Part shown: piece by piece, positions 21,082 to 32,682 of the stretch
How the letters are laid out: each line of letters starts with the position of its first letter
How positions within the stretch are numbered: the first letter of the stretch is position 1
NCBI GenBank assembly: GCA_963705255.1
Contig: OY970061.1
Location: 1,952,001 to 2,016,000, forward strand
Direction: 5' to 3'
Source: an uncultured Methanoregulaceae archaeon
GTDB lineage: Archaea; Halobacteriota; Methanomicrobia; Methanomicrobiales; Methanospirillaceae
DNA: 64,000 nt
Notes under the pieces: model-generated
Seen by the model: only the letters and a program-made list of their open reading frames with translations
Told to the model about the DNA's origin: nothing
The model's database searches: none
Program-made: the position numbers and the translations under genes

Positions 21082-22374
21082 TCACCTGAACCAGGTTTTC
21101 AACCACTTTGCTTCCATCTGGGACACATCAAGGTCCTTGAGCCCGTTCAGACGCGGGTCCTTGAGTACGACCTCGCGGATCTTGCCAGTATTGGCGTCAA
21201 ACCACATCTCTTTTGTCCTGCCATAACGCCCGCGGCTTACCACCCGGGTATTGATGACACCCAGCATGTTCAGCTCGGATATGAGATCCGTTATCCTGCG
21301 GTGGGTGAGAACATCGAGCTCGATGGATGGGGCGATATCCTGATATATACGTGAAACTTCGCCGCTCGTAAAGATATTCTGTCCCAGCTGTTCGAGAATC
21401 AGCATCGAGAAGAGGATCAGCTTGCTCTGGGTGGGCAGCGTAGCGATGCACTCGATCATGCTGTCGGTCTCAATCTTTGCCTGAGCCTGTTTGACGTGCT
21501 CTTCAGTCACCCGTGCTGACTCGTCACGATCGGCAAGTTCCCCGGAGATCCGGAACAGGTCAAGTGCACGCCGTGCGTCCCCATGTTCTTGGGCTGCAAG
21601 GGCCGCACAGAGCGGGATGACTTCCTCGGCAACAGCCCCGACAATAAACGCACCCTCAGCGCGCTGGGTCAGGATGTCCACGAGCTGAGGCGCGTTGTAC
21701 GGCGGGAAAACAATCTCTTCCTCAGAGAGCGAGGACAATACCCTCGGGTCCAAGAAATCCTTGAAACTCAGGTCATTGGAGATACCGATGATACTGACTT
21801 TTGAATTTTTGAGATCAGAATTTATCCGGGTCAGGTTATAGAGGGTATCGTCACCGCTCTTTTTCACCAGCTTATCGATCTCGTCCAGAACGATGACCAG
21901 TACCCCCCCGCCCGCTTCGAGCTGGTTCTTGAGCTCAGCATACACCTGATCGGTGGGCCACCCGGTCATCGGGATATGGGTGCGGGTTTTATCGCTTCCT
22001 AATTCATCGACGACGTCCAAGCACTTGGCGATCTGCGCCAGCACCCGGTACTGGGTATCGATAACTTCGCAGTTGAGGTGGACGAGTCTGCACATCGTCC
22101 CCATCTTGCTGCTCGCTTTCTCAAGCTCAAAACCGACATATCTCACGCAGGCTGTCTTCCCGGTGCCGGTTTTTCCGTAAATAAGGATGTTGGAGGGCGT
22201 TTCATTCCTGAGGGATGGTGCCAATATTGATGCTACTTCGTCGATCTGTGGTTTCCTGTGGGGAAGTATCTGGGGGCGATACGAATGGCGGAGCACCTCG
22301 CGATCCCGGAATATCCTGTTATTGGTGAGATACTTTTTAAATAATCCTGTTGAAGGGTCTTCAGTTTCGGGCAT
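21082..22374 (-). CDS. cdc6: Orc1/Cdc6 replication initiator
   Basis: YGKTGTGKT (Walker A), VLDEID (Walker B), GDARRALD and the wHTH SRGRYGRT. Confidence 0.97.
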   Translation of the reverse strand: MPETEDPSTGLFKKYLTNNRIFRDREVLRHSYRPQILPHRKPQIDEVASILAPSLRNETPSNILIYGKTGTGKTACVRYVGFELEKASSKMGTMCRLVHLNCEVIDTQYRVLAQIAKCLDVVDELGSDKTRTHIPMTGWPTDQVYAELKNQLEAGGGVLVIVLDEIDKLVKKSGDDTLYNLTRINSDLKNSKVSIIGISNDLSFKDFLDPRVLSSLSEEEIVFPPYNAPQLVDILTQRAEGAFIVGAVAEEVIPLCAALAAQEHGDARRALDLFRISGELADRDESARVTEEHVKQAQAKIETDSMIECIATLPTQSKLILFSMLILEQLGQNIFTSGEVSRIYQDIAPSIELDVLTHRRITDLISELNMLGVINTRVVSRGRYGRTKEMWFDANTGKIREVVLKDPRLNGLKDLDVSQMEAKWLKTWFR

Positions 22375-22441
22375 AGTTACACTGTGGTGCTCAGGATTAG
22401 TGAGACGAGACTAAAAAACGATCGGTTTGGCCGGACTATAA

Positions 22442-22917
22442 ACCCCTTTATTTCGTGTGGAGCGCATGTAATTTATGGTTTATTTTGGAAATAGACAAAA
22501 AATGAAATTAATTTGTTAAAGATATTGTAAAAGTTATATTTTATTATCCAATATTCTGAATACTTTGTAATTATTTAAATTAATCTATAACAGTAAAGGA
22601 GGGACCCCTTTATTTCGTGTGGAACTGTAAAAAGACGATACCTTGTTTTTTAAGTTCACAACAAAAGAGCTATTAGATGATATATTCTTTATAATATATA
22701 AATAAATCGAAATGAATTCGGTGAAAACATTTGCAAGTACCTAATATTCAGTTTGAGGAATTTCAGGAAAAGTTTTAATTTTAATTCGATAAAATGCAAT
22801 TATTGTAAAATTAATTATTTTAAAATGCTGAAAGGTTACCTCACTCCAAATTTTGAGATCAAATATAATTCACAACTGGGGGCATATAATAATCATCTCC
22901 ACAGGAAACAATGGGGT
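22442..22917. other. Replication origin (oriC): ORB elements flanking AT-rich DNA
   Basis: ORBs on the minus strand at 22442-22463 (GCTCCACACGAAATAAAGGGGT) and 22604-22625 (GTTCCACACGAAATAAAGGGGT), one on the plus strand at 22896-22917 (TCTCCACAGGAAACAATGGGGT). Very AT-rich spacers, directly upstream of cdc6. Confidence 0.9.
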
Positions 22918-22993
22918 CTCCACTCCCCCTCAATTTTCGAAAAGAATATCCCGGAATTCTCTTAACACATAACTGCATAATATCTTTTGTACT

Positions 22994-23482
22994 ATGGATA
23001 AAAGTCACATTAGGTCTTTTCCAATTAATGCAGCAGTCATCACAATCTCGACAACCCGGACTGTCAAGAATGATACCAGTGGAAATACCATCTGCATCCT
23101 TCTGAACAACAGTAATATCCCCGTCAATCATTATGCAATAGTCCCGGATAGGATTGAAGCAATACGTAATGAACTGTTTATAGCCCTGAAAAAGACCAAC
23201 TGCATCATTCTGAACGGCGGGACCGGTCTTACCGATGATGACTGTACAATTGAAGCAATCTCACCCCTCCTGGACAAGAAGATTGATGGATTCGGGGAGA
23301 TGTTTCGCGCAAAAAGTATCGAGCAGATCGGGACGGCGTCCATGCTCTCCCGAGCTCTCGCTGGTGTGATCGCTGGAAAGGCGGTATTCTGCATTCCCGG
23401 ATCAACACCCGCAGTAACCCTTGCGACAACCGAGCTCATCATTCCAGAAATTGCTCACATCATCAGTCATGCCAATAAATGA
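22994..23482 (+). CDS. moaB: Molybdenum cofactor biosynthesis protein MoaB/Mog
   Basis: DTSG, GGTG...D.TIEA, GFGEMFR, MLSRA and FCIPGS. Confidence 0.92.
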   Translation: MDKSHIRSFPINAAVITISTTRTVKNDTSGNTICILLNNSNIPVNHYAIVPDRIEAIRNELFIALKKTNCIILNGGTGLTDDDCTIEAISPLLDKKIDGFGEMFRAKSIEQIGTASMLSRALAGVIAGKAVFCIPGSTPAVTLATTELIIPEIAHIISHANK

Positions 23483-24150
23483 AAATGTGGGTTCTGCAAA
23501 ATACATTTTTACTATGGAATGATACAGACTGTCATCGAGTTCCGCCGTGCCCTCGCTCTCGAGAAATCTTCATATGGCTCTTGTATTTGCCCGGAAGATT
23601 AGATCAGAAATTTTCCGATGTTTGAATTACCAAAAAATCATGAGCTCTCTTAGATCCCGTTATAGAAAACGCAGAATTTGTTGAATTCATTTTATAATTT
23701 TCCATCGCGCAGCAAATAGCTCTCCAATAACACTCTTCTTGTCCACAATCGAAGAAAAACGGAGGATCCAGCGGGATCTCCGATCTCTCCCTGATTACAC
23801 AGTAAAAAATCCGTTGAATTTTTTGCTCTCATTTGTCAGATATACAGGAATTAGCTTTGTAAGAAATCATCGATAGCCGTTGTAGCTGCTCCTGGGAAAA
23901 CCGCTATTCCCGAAGGGAAGAGCATACTTGAGAAGACCAGCAGGTTCTTCGATTTTCGAAAAGGTTCATCAGGACCTCGAGGATAAGAAGAACTCGTCAG
24001 TGTTCTTCGACGTGAGAGGGGGTCATCCTCATAACCATCTGAAATTATAAGCTAATTTATGGAAAACTACCGGGCTCAAGCACTATTTCTGGAAGATTGC
24101 AGTATCTCATAACCGGATGCAGGATTCAAATTGTCAATTCTGGTCCAGTA

Positions 24151-24678
24151 TTATCGAAGGACATTCAGGAGAGCTACACGTTCCAGCACGAGATCCACAA
24201 TGCTGTCTTTGTTGCCGGCGACCTCCACCTCTTCTGTCGTGATATCAAAAAGCTGCATCAGGCGCACCTTCTTTTCACTATCGATGATATCTTCCCACTC
24301 CCCGGTGAATCGGAAGAGGTGAGCGAGGTGTTCCCATACGTCCATTTCAGGGACGGGATACCAGCAGACATAGAGATGGTTCACACCATTATGAACCCCA
24401 AATGAGGAAGCGATATTGCACTGGCGTGAACCCGCAGCGTACAGAAGGGATTCCATCTCGATGGTGTTCGAAATGGCAGTCCCCTCCTGATAAGAGCGCA
24501 CCGCATGTTCCACTGCGGACTGTGCGTGGGCCCTGCTGGCTAGCATATCGGCATTGAAACAGATGATATGGGTAGTGTACTGCCGGGAAATCTCCCGGAG
24601 TTCCTTGAGAAAGGCATTCCTGTCCTGAATCGCACATTGCGTTTTGCGGATTTCACAGGGGCGGCCCGGGCTATCCAT
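24151..24678 (-). CDS. cgi121: KEOPS complex subunit Cgi121
   Basis: CFNADML...H...A, ISNTIEMESLLYAAGSRQC and VLERVALL. Confidence 0.85.
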   Translation of the reverse strand: MDSPGRPCEIRKTQCAIQDRNAFLKELREISRQYTTHIICFNADMLASRAHAQSAVEHAVRSYQEGTAISNTIEMESLLYAAGSRQCNIASSFGVHNGVNHLYVCWYPVPEMDVWEHLAHLFRFTGEWEDIIDSEKKVRLMQLFDITTEEVEVAGNKDSIVDLVLERVALLNVLR

Positions 24679-24682
24679 GAGA

Positions 24683-26845
24683 TCACCGGAACCGGGAAAG
24701 AGTTGACTGCCCGCCCATAGTATCTTCACCGGTATTCTGCGCAGAGATAGTTTTTGCATTCCGAAGCTGGGAAAAGATCTGCTCTGCAATACCCCGCCCG
24801 ATGATCCGGGTCACGGTATCCATGCCTGCAGTGAGCACCTCGTCGGGTGTCGTGATGCTGTTGTTGAAGAGGCGGCGGGCCCGCACCCTACCTATGCCCC
24901 GCAGTTTCACGAGCGGGAGCAACTCGCGCCTGATACCGTTCTTCATGCAGATCTCGTATTCGCGGACCTTGGGATTGAACCTTGCAGCAAACATCCGGGA
25001 GAGCTCTGCACTTGCGTGCAACAGCCAGTTGATGCTCTCAACCATGCCGTAGATATCCCCCGGCCCGACGCCGTAGCGTTCGCATATCTTGGCATCGGGA
25101 AGCTCGTCAGTCCAGTCAGTGAGTAGCATCGCAGTCTTGAGCGCCCGGTAGTATTCTTCGACTTCGTCCTCGTCGTGCGGCAATGGCAGCCAGAGTTCGC
25201 TCTCGTGGGCTTCGATCATGCGGTCGAGCGCCGGCCGGTCCGTATTCCTGACATAGAGGCGTGGCATATCTGGAGTGCTGCAGATCAGCTGGAGCAGGCC
25301 GATATCGGCATACCCCTCCCGTTCTCTCAGGGTCGTTATAATAAGGGCTGCACTCCGGGGGTCAATGTATAACCGTGAGACGAGGGTACCGAATTCGGTT
25401 GATCCCAAATGCTCACCAATCTCCATTACCATCTCCGAGCTGACGAGAAACCTGAGCGCCGCATCCACGGCTTTCTGCATCAGGCGCCCGTGCCGGTGTT
25501 CATGGACATAGAAGCTCCGGTCCATGAATGACATCAGTTCGCCCCTTGTCCCGGCAAAGCCCGAAGCGATGAGCGACAGGACATGAGTATAAAGGGCCGT
25601 CGGTTCAGCAATCCTCGAATGGACCTCCTCTGCAGGGGCCTCAATGTAGCACTCGAAGAGCTCTTCGACCTGACCTTCGTCTTTGGCAATGAGTACGGCC
25701 TCGCCGTACGGATCGAGGCGCGGGCGCCCGGCCCTACCGGCCATCTGGTGGTATTCGCTTGCCGGGATAGGCAGCATGCCCTCTCCTGCGGAGAACCGCA
25801 GGTAATCTCGGATGATGACCCGTCGTGCGGGCAGGTTGAGCCCGGCAGCAAGGGTAGGTGTAGATGATATGCACTTGATGTGACCTTTCCGGAACGCTTC
25901 TTCGACCACTGCCCGTTCCTGCCGGCTCAGGCCGGCGTGATGAAAGGCCGCCCCTTGCGAGACGCAGAGTGCAAGTGTCCTGACCATCTCGGTCTCCGCG
26001 GAACTGTCGAGCTTCTCCGCACAGGCTTTGAGTTCGGGGGCGTCGCTTTTTATGGCGCCCGCTGCCCTCCTCGCGAATGCCTCGGCATTCCGCCGCGACG
26101 AGACAAAGACGAGGCACTGCCCGCCTTCAGCGATGGTGTCGAGGCAGAGGTTGAGGTCATCGTAATTTTTTGATACCTGCCGGATCTCCCGTTCCCCTTC
26201 ACGGAAATGGATCCGGTCTTTGCAGAACACACCCTGCCTGAGATCAACCGGGCGCCAGGTGCTGGTCACGAGTTCTGCATCAAGCCACCCGGCAAGGACA
26301 TGCGGATTGCCAATGGTTGCTGAAAGCCCTATTACCTGCATGGCAGGGTTCCGGTACCGCATCTTGGCGATCACCATTTCAAGGGTCGGACCCCGACTCT
26401 CCGAATCGATCAGATGGACCTCATCGACGACAAGGAGGGTGATCTCGCCGATCCAGCGGGCATTGTTGCGTAGCAGGGAATCCACCTTCTCGCTTGTCGC
26501 AACGATAATATCGTTCCGGCCGAGCATGTCGTCACGGCGGTCAAAATCCCCGGTTGCGATGCCGACCCGGACGCCCTTGTTATTGAATTCGTTGAATTTT
26601 TCGGAAGCAAGTGCCTTGAGGGGAACAATATAGAGGCATTTTCCTTTCTGCGCGATATGGATGTGCATCGCCATCTCGGCGACCAGGGTTTTCCCGCTTG
26701 CGGTGGGGATTGCCATGAGCAGGTTTTTCCTGTCAAGCATGCCCTTCCTGATACATTCTTCCTGAGGGGGGTAGAGCTCAGTGATGCCACCCATCCGGTA
26801 CTGCTGTTTCAGACTGGGGGGGATAGGGAGCTTTTCGATCAGCAT
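24683..26845 (-). CDS. hel308: Ski2-like ATP-dependent DNA helicase Hel308
   Basis: [28 protein letters not shown] and a C-terminal HhH (GIGRVRAR). Confidence 0.95.
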   Translation of the reverse strand: MLIEKLPIPPSLKQQYRMGGITELYPPQEECIRKGMLDRKNLLMAIPTASGKTLVAEMAMHIHIAQKGKCLYIVPLKALASEKFNEFNNKGVRVGIATGDFDRRDDMLGRNDIIVATSEKVDSLLRNNARWIGEITLLVVDEVHLIDSESRGPTLEMVIAKMRYRNPAMQVIGLSATIGNPHVLAGWLDAELVTSTWRPVDLRQGVFCKDRIHFREGEREIRQVSKNYDDLNLCLDTIAEGGQCLVFVSSRRNAEAFARRAAGAIKSDAPELKACAEKLDSSAETEMVRTLALCVSQGAAFHHAGLSRQERAVVEEAFRKGHIKCISSTPTLAAGLNLPARRVIIRDYLRFSAGEGMLPIPASEYHQMAGRAGRPRLDPYGEAVLIAKDEGQVEELFECYIEAPAEEVHSRIAEPTALYTHVLSLIASGFAGTRGELMSFMDRSFYVHEHRHGRLMQKAVDAALRFLVSSEMVMEIGEHLGSTEFGTLVSRLYIDPRSAALIITTLREREGYADIGLLQLICSTPDMPRLYVRNTDRPALDRMIEAHESELWLPLPHDEDEVEEYYRALKTAMLLTDWTDELPDAKICERYGVGPGDIYGMVESINWLLHASAELSRMFAARFNPKVREYEICMKNGIRRELLPLVKLRGIGRVRARRLFNNSITTPDEVLTAGMDTVTRIIGRGIAEQIFSQLRNAKTISAQNTGEDTMGGQSTLSRFR

Positions 26846-26999
26846 GTCAGAACCTTCTGTTTAACCCCATTAATTCCACTGAAATTCGCTGCAGATTTTG
26901 TCTGTTTGGTGAAATCTATCTTATATAACCGATTCTTTTCCATGGGAAATAGAGCAAAACATATATATCCCAGTGCACGATTTTGAGGATCCGGAAACA

Positions 27000-27545
27000 C
27001 TAGTAATAATAACTTATCATATCCTGTTTTGCCTCTTTCTTTTTCCGGTCAAGGAAGGCGAACACGTTCTCGTGAGGGACCCCTTCGATGAGCATATCGA
27101 TTGCCGCCCGGGCTGTCTTGAGCGGTTCCGGGTACCCGATAAGCGCAACGGTTTTGCCAAAGACTGAGATCTCCACATCGGTCATATCTTCGATCTGTTC
27201 ACGCGCCCTCCCGTCTTTGCCAATGATTCTTCCCCTGAGCCGGTCAGTCTGCCTGGGACCTTCTGCCATCCCGGAGAGATCGATTACTTCGAGGAGGAGG
27301 TCCTCGTCTTCGATCATCTCGAATGCCCGCTCAGGAGAGAAACCGCGGTTAATGGCATTGATGATCTCGACTGCCCGGAGGAGGAGGATAGTGTTCTCCT
27401 CAGTACCTTCGACCTTGATAAGCCCCTCCTTACTATCAATGGTTATCGTTGTGCACGTTCTGGTCTCGAGCTCTTTTTTTGTTGCACCGCCTTTTCCGAT
27501 AAGCACACCGACCCGGCTTCCTGCGATCTTTACTTCCTGCATCAT
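27000..27545 (-). CDS. KH-domain RNA-processing protein (Dim2/Pno1/Krr1-like)
   Basis: GVLIGKGG, RGFSPERA and GRIIGKDG. Confidence 0.93.
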   Translation of the reverse strand: MMQEVKIAGSRVGVLIGKGGATKKELETRTCTTITIDSKEGLIKVEGTEENTILLLRAVEIINAINRGFSPERAFEMIEDEDLLLEVIDLSGMAEGPRQTDRLRGRIIGKDGRAREQIEDMTDVEISVFGKTVALIGYPEPLKTARAAIDMLIEGVPHENVFAFLDRKKKEAKQDMISYYY

Positions 27546-27623
27546 ATTCGTTCACCTTGTATTCTGGGTAGATCTGTCAACCTGTCCCAGCAACCGTTTT
27601 TTCCAGTACACGATACGAGGGAA

Positions 27624-28412
27624 TCATGGCTCGGCTGCATCCAGTCCGGTCACCTCATTGAAAACATCGATATCACTACGAGCATCGCACCGGCTCCTGA
27701 AGAACCGGTTGATGTTGCGGATATCCCTCATGAGGAAGGAGAGGGCACGGGGGTGATCACGGGTGACGGACTGGCCCATATCGATAAGATATGGTTGGTC
27801 GCCGTACAATATATTGAACTCGCTCAGGTCCGCGTGCACAAGCTCGGCCTTGTTGTAGAGTGTACCGATGTCCCGGATTATGCTGGCATATACCTCCCCG
27901 GGATCTTCTATCTCCACGTTCCTGAGCTGCGGGTAGGGGACCTCACCCTCTCCCAGAAACGACATGATGAGAATATTCCGGTCCCAGACGAGGGGTTCGG
28001 GAACGGCAAGACCTGCTTCCCGAGCCCGGGCAAGGTTGGAAAACTCCTTTTTTGTCCAGGCAAAGATGAGCTCTTTTTTTGCCTTCTTGACATGGGAGAA
28101 GCGCCGGTCACCGGTGATGTACCAGCTCATCGTGGTGAAATTTGCGGTCCTGATCCGGTAGATCTTAATGGCAATGCCTCCACCGTCCCGTTCACCATAG
28201 AAGACATTGGCCTCTTTTCCCGTACTTATTGATCCGCCGATAGCAGAGAGCCACTTCTTGTGCACGAGCTTATAGAGCGCAAGGAGGGTGACCTCATCAA
28301 AGACGTCCTCCCTCACCTTGAGCTGGTCAGCATCCTTGATGCGGACCCCCATCTCCTCGAGGAGATGGTCGAGCTGGTCGAGTTTGTTATCGATGCTTTT
28401 CCCGTTTTTCAC
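27624..28412 (-). CDS. rio1: RIO1 serine protein kinase
   Basis: ISTGKEANVF, AIKIY, HADLSEFNIL and IDMGQSV; GTG start inferred. Confidence 0.93.
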   Translation of the reverse strand: MKNGKSIDNKLDQLDHLLEEMGVRIKDADQLKVREDVFDEVTLLALYKLVHKKWLSAIGGSISTGKEANVFYGERDGGGIAIKIYRIRTANFTTMSWYITGDRRFSHVKKAKKELIFAWTKKEFSNLARAREAGLAVPEPLVWDRNILIMSFLGEGEVPYPQLRNVEIEDPGEVYASIIRDIGTLYNKAELVHADLSEFNILYGDQPYLIDMGQSVTRDHPRALSFLMRDIRNINRFFRSRCDARSDIDVFNEVTGLDAAEP

Positions 28413-28449
28413 GCAGGTGCCACCAGTGATCATCCAGTTATGGTACCAG

Positions 28450-29392
28450 TCACCGTATATACTCCCGTACCGGGGCAAGGATCCCGGCAAGGGATTCGCC
28501 GCACGTCTTCTTGAGATCGAGCGGATGAACCTCTTTGTTGCCGTACGCAGTTTCAAGCTCAGCATAGCCGGAAAATGTGCGGTTGCCACCGAATTTTTCC
28601 GGTCGTTTGATCGTGATTTCCGAAAGACGGGGGAAGATGTGGTGCTGGAATATCTGAAGGATGGGGTTATCCGTAATTTCCGGCGGGCAGAAGGCCTTCT
28701 GGCATTTCTTCCGGATATCCTCCTCGCTGTCGGCCACGGAGATGAAATTACCCTGTGATGAGGACATCTTCTTCCCGTCAAGACCGTTCAGGATAGGTGT
28801 ATGGATGCAGACCGGGACCTTGTAGCCGAAGTTGACGAGGTGCTCCCGCGCAAGCATATGAATCTTCCGCTGGTCGATCCCCCCCACGGCTGCATCTACC
28901 CCGAGCACGGCGATGTCAGCCATCTGCATGATCGGATAGATCATCTGAGAAACCGTGGGGTGGTCCATCTGCCGGCCCACTTCATCCATACTCCGCGTAG
29001 CACGATTGAGGGTTATCTGCTGGGAGAGCTGGAGTACCGAGCAGTTCATAGGCCCGGTTCAGCTGGAGCTCGGAACCAAGGACATAATTCACGTTCTTTA
29101 GTCCCAGCCCCTCAAAGCAGCGTTTGTTGTACTCCGCCAGTTCTCCTACCTTTTCCATGGTCCCTTTACGGTTGAGAAACGCATGGAGGTCGGCGAGCAA
29201 TACGGTGACTTCGAAACCGGCAGCCTGAAGATCCACCAGCTTGTTTATCGTGACCAGGTGACCAAGGTGGATCTCGCCGCTTGGCTCGTACCCGGCATAG
29301 ACCATTTTATGCGGTTGTGTGAGAAGAACCCGGAGGTCATCGTCCGTGACAACTTCAACAGTATTCCGGCAAACCCGCTCGTACGCATCCAT
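28450..29392 (-). CDS. tyrS: Tyrosine--tRNA ligase (frameshift near 29045)
   Basis: YAGYEPSGEIHLGH, LADLHA, YPIMQMADI, GGIDQRKIH and KMSSS. Confidence 0.93.
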
Positions 29393-29417
29393 TAAAAAGA
29401 GTGGGTGATGAAGGGTG

Positions 29418-30450
29418 TTAATGGTTATTCTGGATAGTGACAAAGCCCAGTGCTTCGTTGGTCATTCTGACTGACCGGTCAGCATCTTTCTCGGTGCCCA
29501 TCATGGCACGGATGGCATCGACATTCTCAACAACGACATCTGCTTCCTGGTGGATGGCCTGGAAGAAGCTCGATCTCATTCCTGTTGGTATAAATCGACT
29601 CCTCGAAGATGCAGTTCTCGATCAGGTCAGCACGCTGCCTGCCGATATCCATGGCGAACTCCTTGAGTTCTGCAGTGCTCTTTATGCCAAGGGATTTTTT
29701 GATGAGCCCCATCCTCGGGTGGTGGTTGATGAGATCGACCACCTTCTCGCGGCTGACCTCCCGCTTTGTGGTGATCTTGACCGCGTGCATGTGCATCATC
29801 GTTGTCGGGACGATCATTGCCATCGTGGTGATGGAAATGTGGGGGAGTACGGTCTGGACATCGGGGCCGTGATGGCTGGGAACGCTGACCGGGTCGAGGA
29901 CTACGGCATCTATCGGTCCTTTCTTGATCTCCCCGGGATCGGAGCCGCGACGCACCATGATCGCGTGGACGTGTTCCACCCCGTACTCGTGATCAATGGT
30001 GTTTATTATCCTGACAAGACCCGTGGTGTTGCAGGAAACGACGCGGGTGAACTTCCGGCCGATTGCCTCCTTGTAATTGCAGGAGGAGTTGAATGAGAAA
30101 CCGGCAACTTCGTGGTCCTCCCCTCCCTGCCAGATTGCCCTGATGCCGAGTTTCTCGTAGAGCGGTTTATTGGTCGCCCCGACATCACCCGGGGTTGCAT
30201 CGACAACGATATCGGCAGCCCTGCACATATCCTCCACCGATCCGGCAACAGCCAGCCCGGCTTTCTCAAATGCAGCTTTTTTTGAAATATCGGCGATAAA
30301 CAGCGGGTACCCACGCTGTTTCGCTACGAACGCTTCCGCATTCGGGCGAGTCTTTGATACCCCGATTACCTTCATATCCTTCTGAGCGGCGACCGCATCG
30401 GCAACGCGTTTACCGATAGTACCATACCCGTTGATGGCAACCTTGATCAT
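29418..30450 (-). CDS. gap: Archaeal type II glyceraldehyde-3-phosphate dehydrogenase (frameshift near 29568)
   Basis: [22 protein letters not shown] and PSHHGPDV; the C-terminus [19 protein letters not shown] is in another frame. Confidence 0.95.
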
Positions 30451-30589
30451 ACAATCGTACATTGCTCCCGGATTGAAAAAACTATTGTTTAATTTTCTTA
30501 CCATGTCCGGCTCATCCGGATTGGTACTGCGGATTTTTCGTTCTTTTGCTACATATAGTTAAATGCTTATCAGAAATAACAACAAGTAT

Positions 30590-31179
30590 ATGAATAATCC
30601 ATCGCTCGTGTTCTGCGATATGCCGGTACGGTGGTGGCAGATCTCAGTCATAGGTATTATCATTTTCATTTCCGGGATCGATGCATTCTTCTGGACTCCG
30701 ATGTTTATTGGCCTGCTTATCCCGATATTCGGGCTGCTTGCCCTGTCAGTGGGTGCGATCATGATTGCATTTTCTCTTTCTATGAAAGAGGAGCTCGTCC
30801 ACCAGTTCCCGGTCTTTTTGCCGGTGCACTTTCCCTTATCATTGCCGTTGTCGCACTCCTGCTCCCGGGTTTCATTGAACCCTCTTTCATCATCATCATG
30901 GCATTTCTGGCAATTATCAACAGCGTCCTCTTGATAATTGTAGGTTGTTCGCTTTCCGAGGAATGGAAGACCCGGCTCGTTATCGTCCTGTTTGGAATGC
31001 TTACGCTCTTTTTGAGTATCCTGATGGCGCTTTTCCCGGAGCTCTCAAGTGCCGCTCTTGTAAAAATCTGGGGAGTTTATGCGTGGGTGATCGGTGTTCT
31101 CTGCGTTATTGCTGGTGTTTCCATGAAACTTGTCGAACCGGCAAGTACAATGGTCCGCAATAAACCCACAGTACCTTAA
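30590..31179 (+). CDS. HdeD/DUF308-like membrane protein (one frameshift)
   Basis: Six hydrophobic helices spread over two overlapping ORFs. Confidence 0.65.
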
Positions 31180-31301
31180 CCAGCGATGTGAGAGACCTCT
31201 TTTTACATGCCTAAACCGTAAATAGAACTCAGCAGGCATGTTTCCGGATTTCGGGAAAAATGACTCCGTTCTCAGGTAATCCTTATATATTCTTGGATAT
31301 G

Positions 31302-31794
31302 TCACAGGTATAATTCCTGGATTCCGATTACTTCGGTACTGTCTTTTGCCCGGGCATAGAGGTCAAGTGGTTCCTGGTTCACTTCAAGAAAACGAACCCC
31401 CCAGTTCACTTTTGAGAGGATCTCTGCCGCCCGTCCCTTCTCACCAATGATAAAGAGAGCAACCGCAAGTGCTTCCACAGATGATAATATGCAGGGTTTG
31501 CCGAAATTGACAGGGTTTGCCGCCATAAGAAAGGGGAGTGCGCGACGGATTCTCCAGGGTACTGATGGCGCCGGTATCCAGAACCTCCCACGAACAGTCA
31601 AGCACCGTGATGGATCGGACAGACCTGTCAGCGGGTGACAGTGCCTGCTCGGCAGTGGGATCCAGAAGAAGTGTATTCCGGGGTATCTGGGAGATCTTCG
31701 TAAAAATTTTTAAAAATCCTGCTCTTTCCAGCTTCTTAACCGTGCACTTCCGGGGATCACAGCTGTTGTCCCGGTAAGCAAACAGGGGGATCAT
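31302..31794 (-). CDS. tsr3: 16S rRNA aminocarboxypropyltransferase Tsr3 (DUF367; one frameshift)
   Basis: CDPRKCT, LSPAD, LDCSW and RALPFLMAANPVNFGKP..LSSVEAL. Confidence 0.92.
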
Positions 31795-31824
31795 TGATCA
31801 TCTGTGCGTGCACACACTGTAATA

Positions 31825-32682
31825 ATGTACGTGCTCTGCAGCCCGTGTATCCTCACGCCGTCCCTCCGGGCGAAGGGTATTACAAAACCCTCGGATCTCG
31901 AATTATTTGGGCGCATGAAACAGCGGTGCAGGAAATTCGGTATCGATATGGTTCCCCTCCCATGTCCTGAGACCTTGTACCTGGGACCTGATCGCGAGCC
32001 GGGAACCTTTCTTGAGCGGCTCAATACGGCAGAGTTCGCTGCACTGGCAGACAAACTGACGAAACAGGTATATGATCTCATCAAAGCCGGGGGTCCTCCC
32101 CTCTGCATACTTGGTGTCAACTCCTCACCCACATGTGGAGTTACCACAACTTATTATGGAAGTGAAGGAGATACGCCCGCGAAAAGAACCGGCCGGGGTG
32201 TCTTCTTTTCGCGGTTTCCTGAAGTCGCCGCGATGGATGTCGCAACATTTTGCCGTTACCGGATCTATCTTGCTGCGCCGCTGTTCTCGGAAGCCGAACG
32301 ATCCTACAATGCATCCATCGCTGCGCTCCTAGAAAAAAACCTGTTTGAGGTGTACCAGCCTCAGGAGAAAGGCGATGATTCTGATACAAGGGATGCAGAC
32401 GAACAGGAACGACTGTTTGTGCAGAACAGGGCAGCGCTCGAAAAATCCGATATTGTTGTCGCCATCATCGATGGGGCCGATGCCGACTCCGGAACAGCCT
32501 GGGAGATGGGTTATGCATTTGCCCGGAAAAAGCCGGTCATTGCCCTGAGAACCGATTTCAGGCGGGTGGGCAATCACGAGCAGGTCAACCTGATGCTTGA
32601 GCAGTCTTCGGTCGTGGTCACGGATACCAGCCAGCTTCTTGGTGCGGTCAATTCTCCGGTTAACCGGAAAACCGATGCATAG
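31825..32682 (+). CDS. DUF523 (TudS-like) domain fused to a nucleoside 2-deoxyribosyltransferase / nucleotide N-glycosidase domain
   Basis: N-terminal SPC, LPCPE, NSSPTCG and GRGVF; C-terminal IYLAAPLF, DSGTAWEMGYA and NLML. Confidence 0.8.
   Translation: MYVLCSPCILTPSLRAKGITKPSDLELFGRMKQRCRKFGIDMVPLPCPETLYLGPDREPGTFLERLNTAEFAALADKLTKQVYDLIKAGGPPLCILGVNSSPTCGVTTTYYGSEGDTPAKRTGRGVFFSRFPEVAAMDVATFCRYRIYLAAPLFSEAERSYNASIAALLEKNLFEVYQPQEKGDDSDTRDADEQERLFVQNRAALEKSDIVVAIIDGADADSGTAWEMGYAFARKKPVIALRTDFRRVGNHEQVNLMLEQSSVVVTDTSQLLGAVNSPVNRKTDA

Noticed and set aside
28413-28781. Long N-terminal extension of Rio1 suggesting an overlap or fusion with tyrS
   Set aside because: It is an alternative frame of the tyrS 3' half; Rio1-like sequence begins near 28412.
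28450-31794. Programmed frameshifting or true pseudogenes in tyrS, gap and tsr3
   Set aside because: No consistent slippery sites were seen, the genes are housekeeping, and indels are spread window-wide, so sequencing error is more parsimonious.
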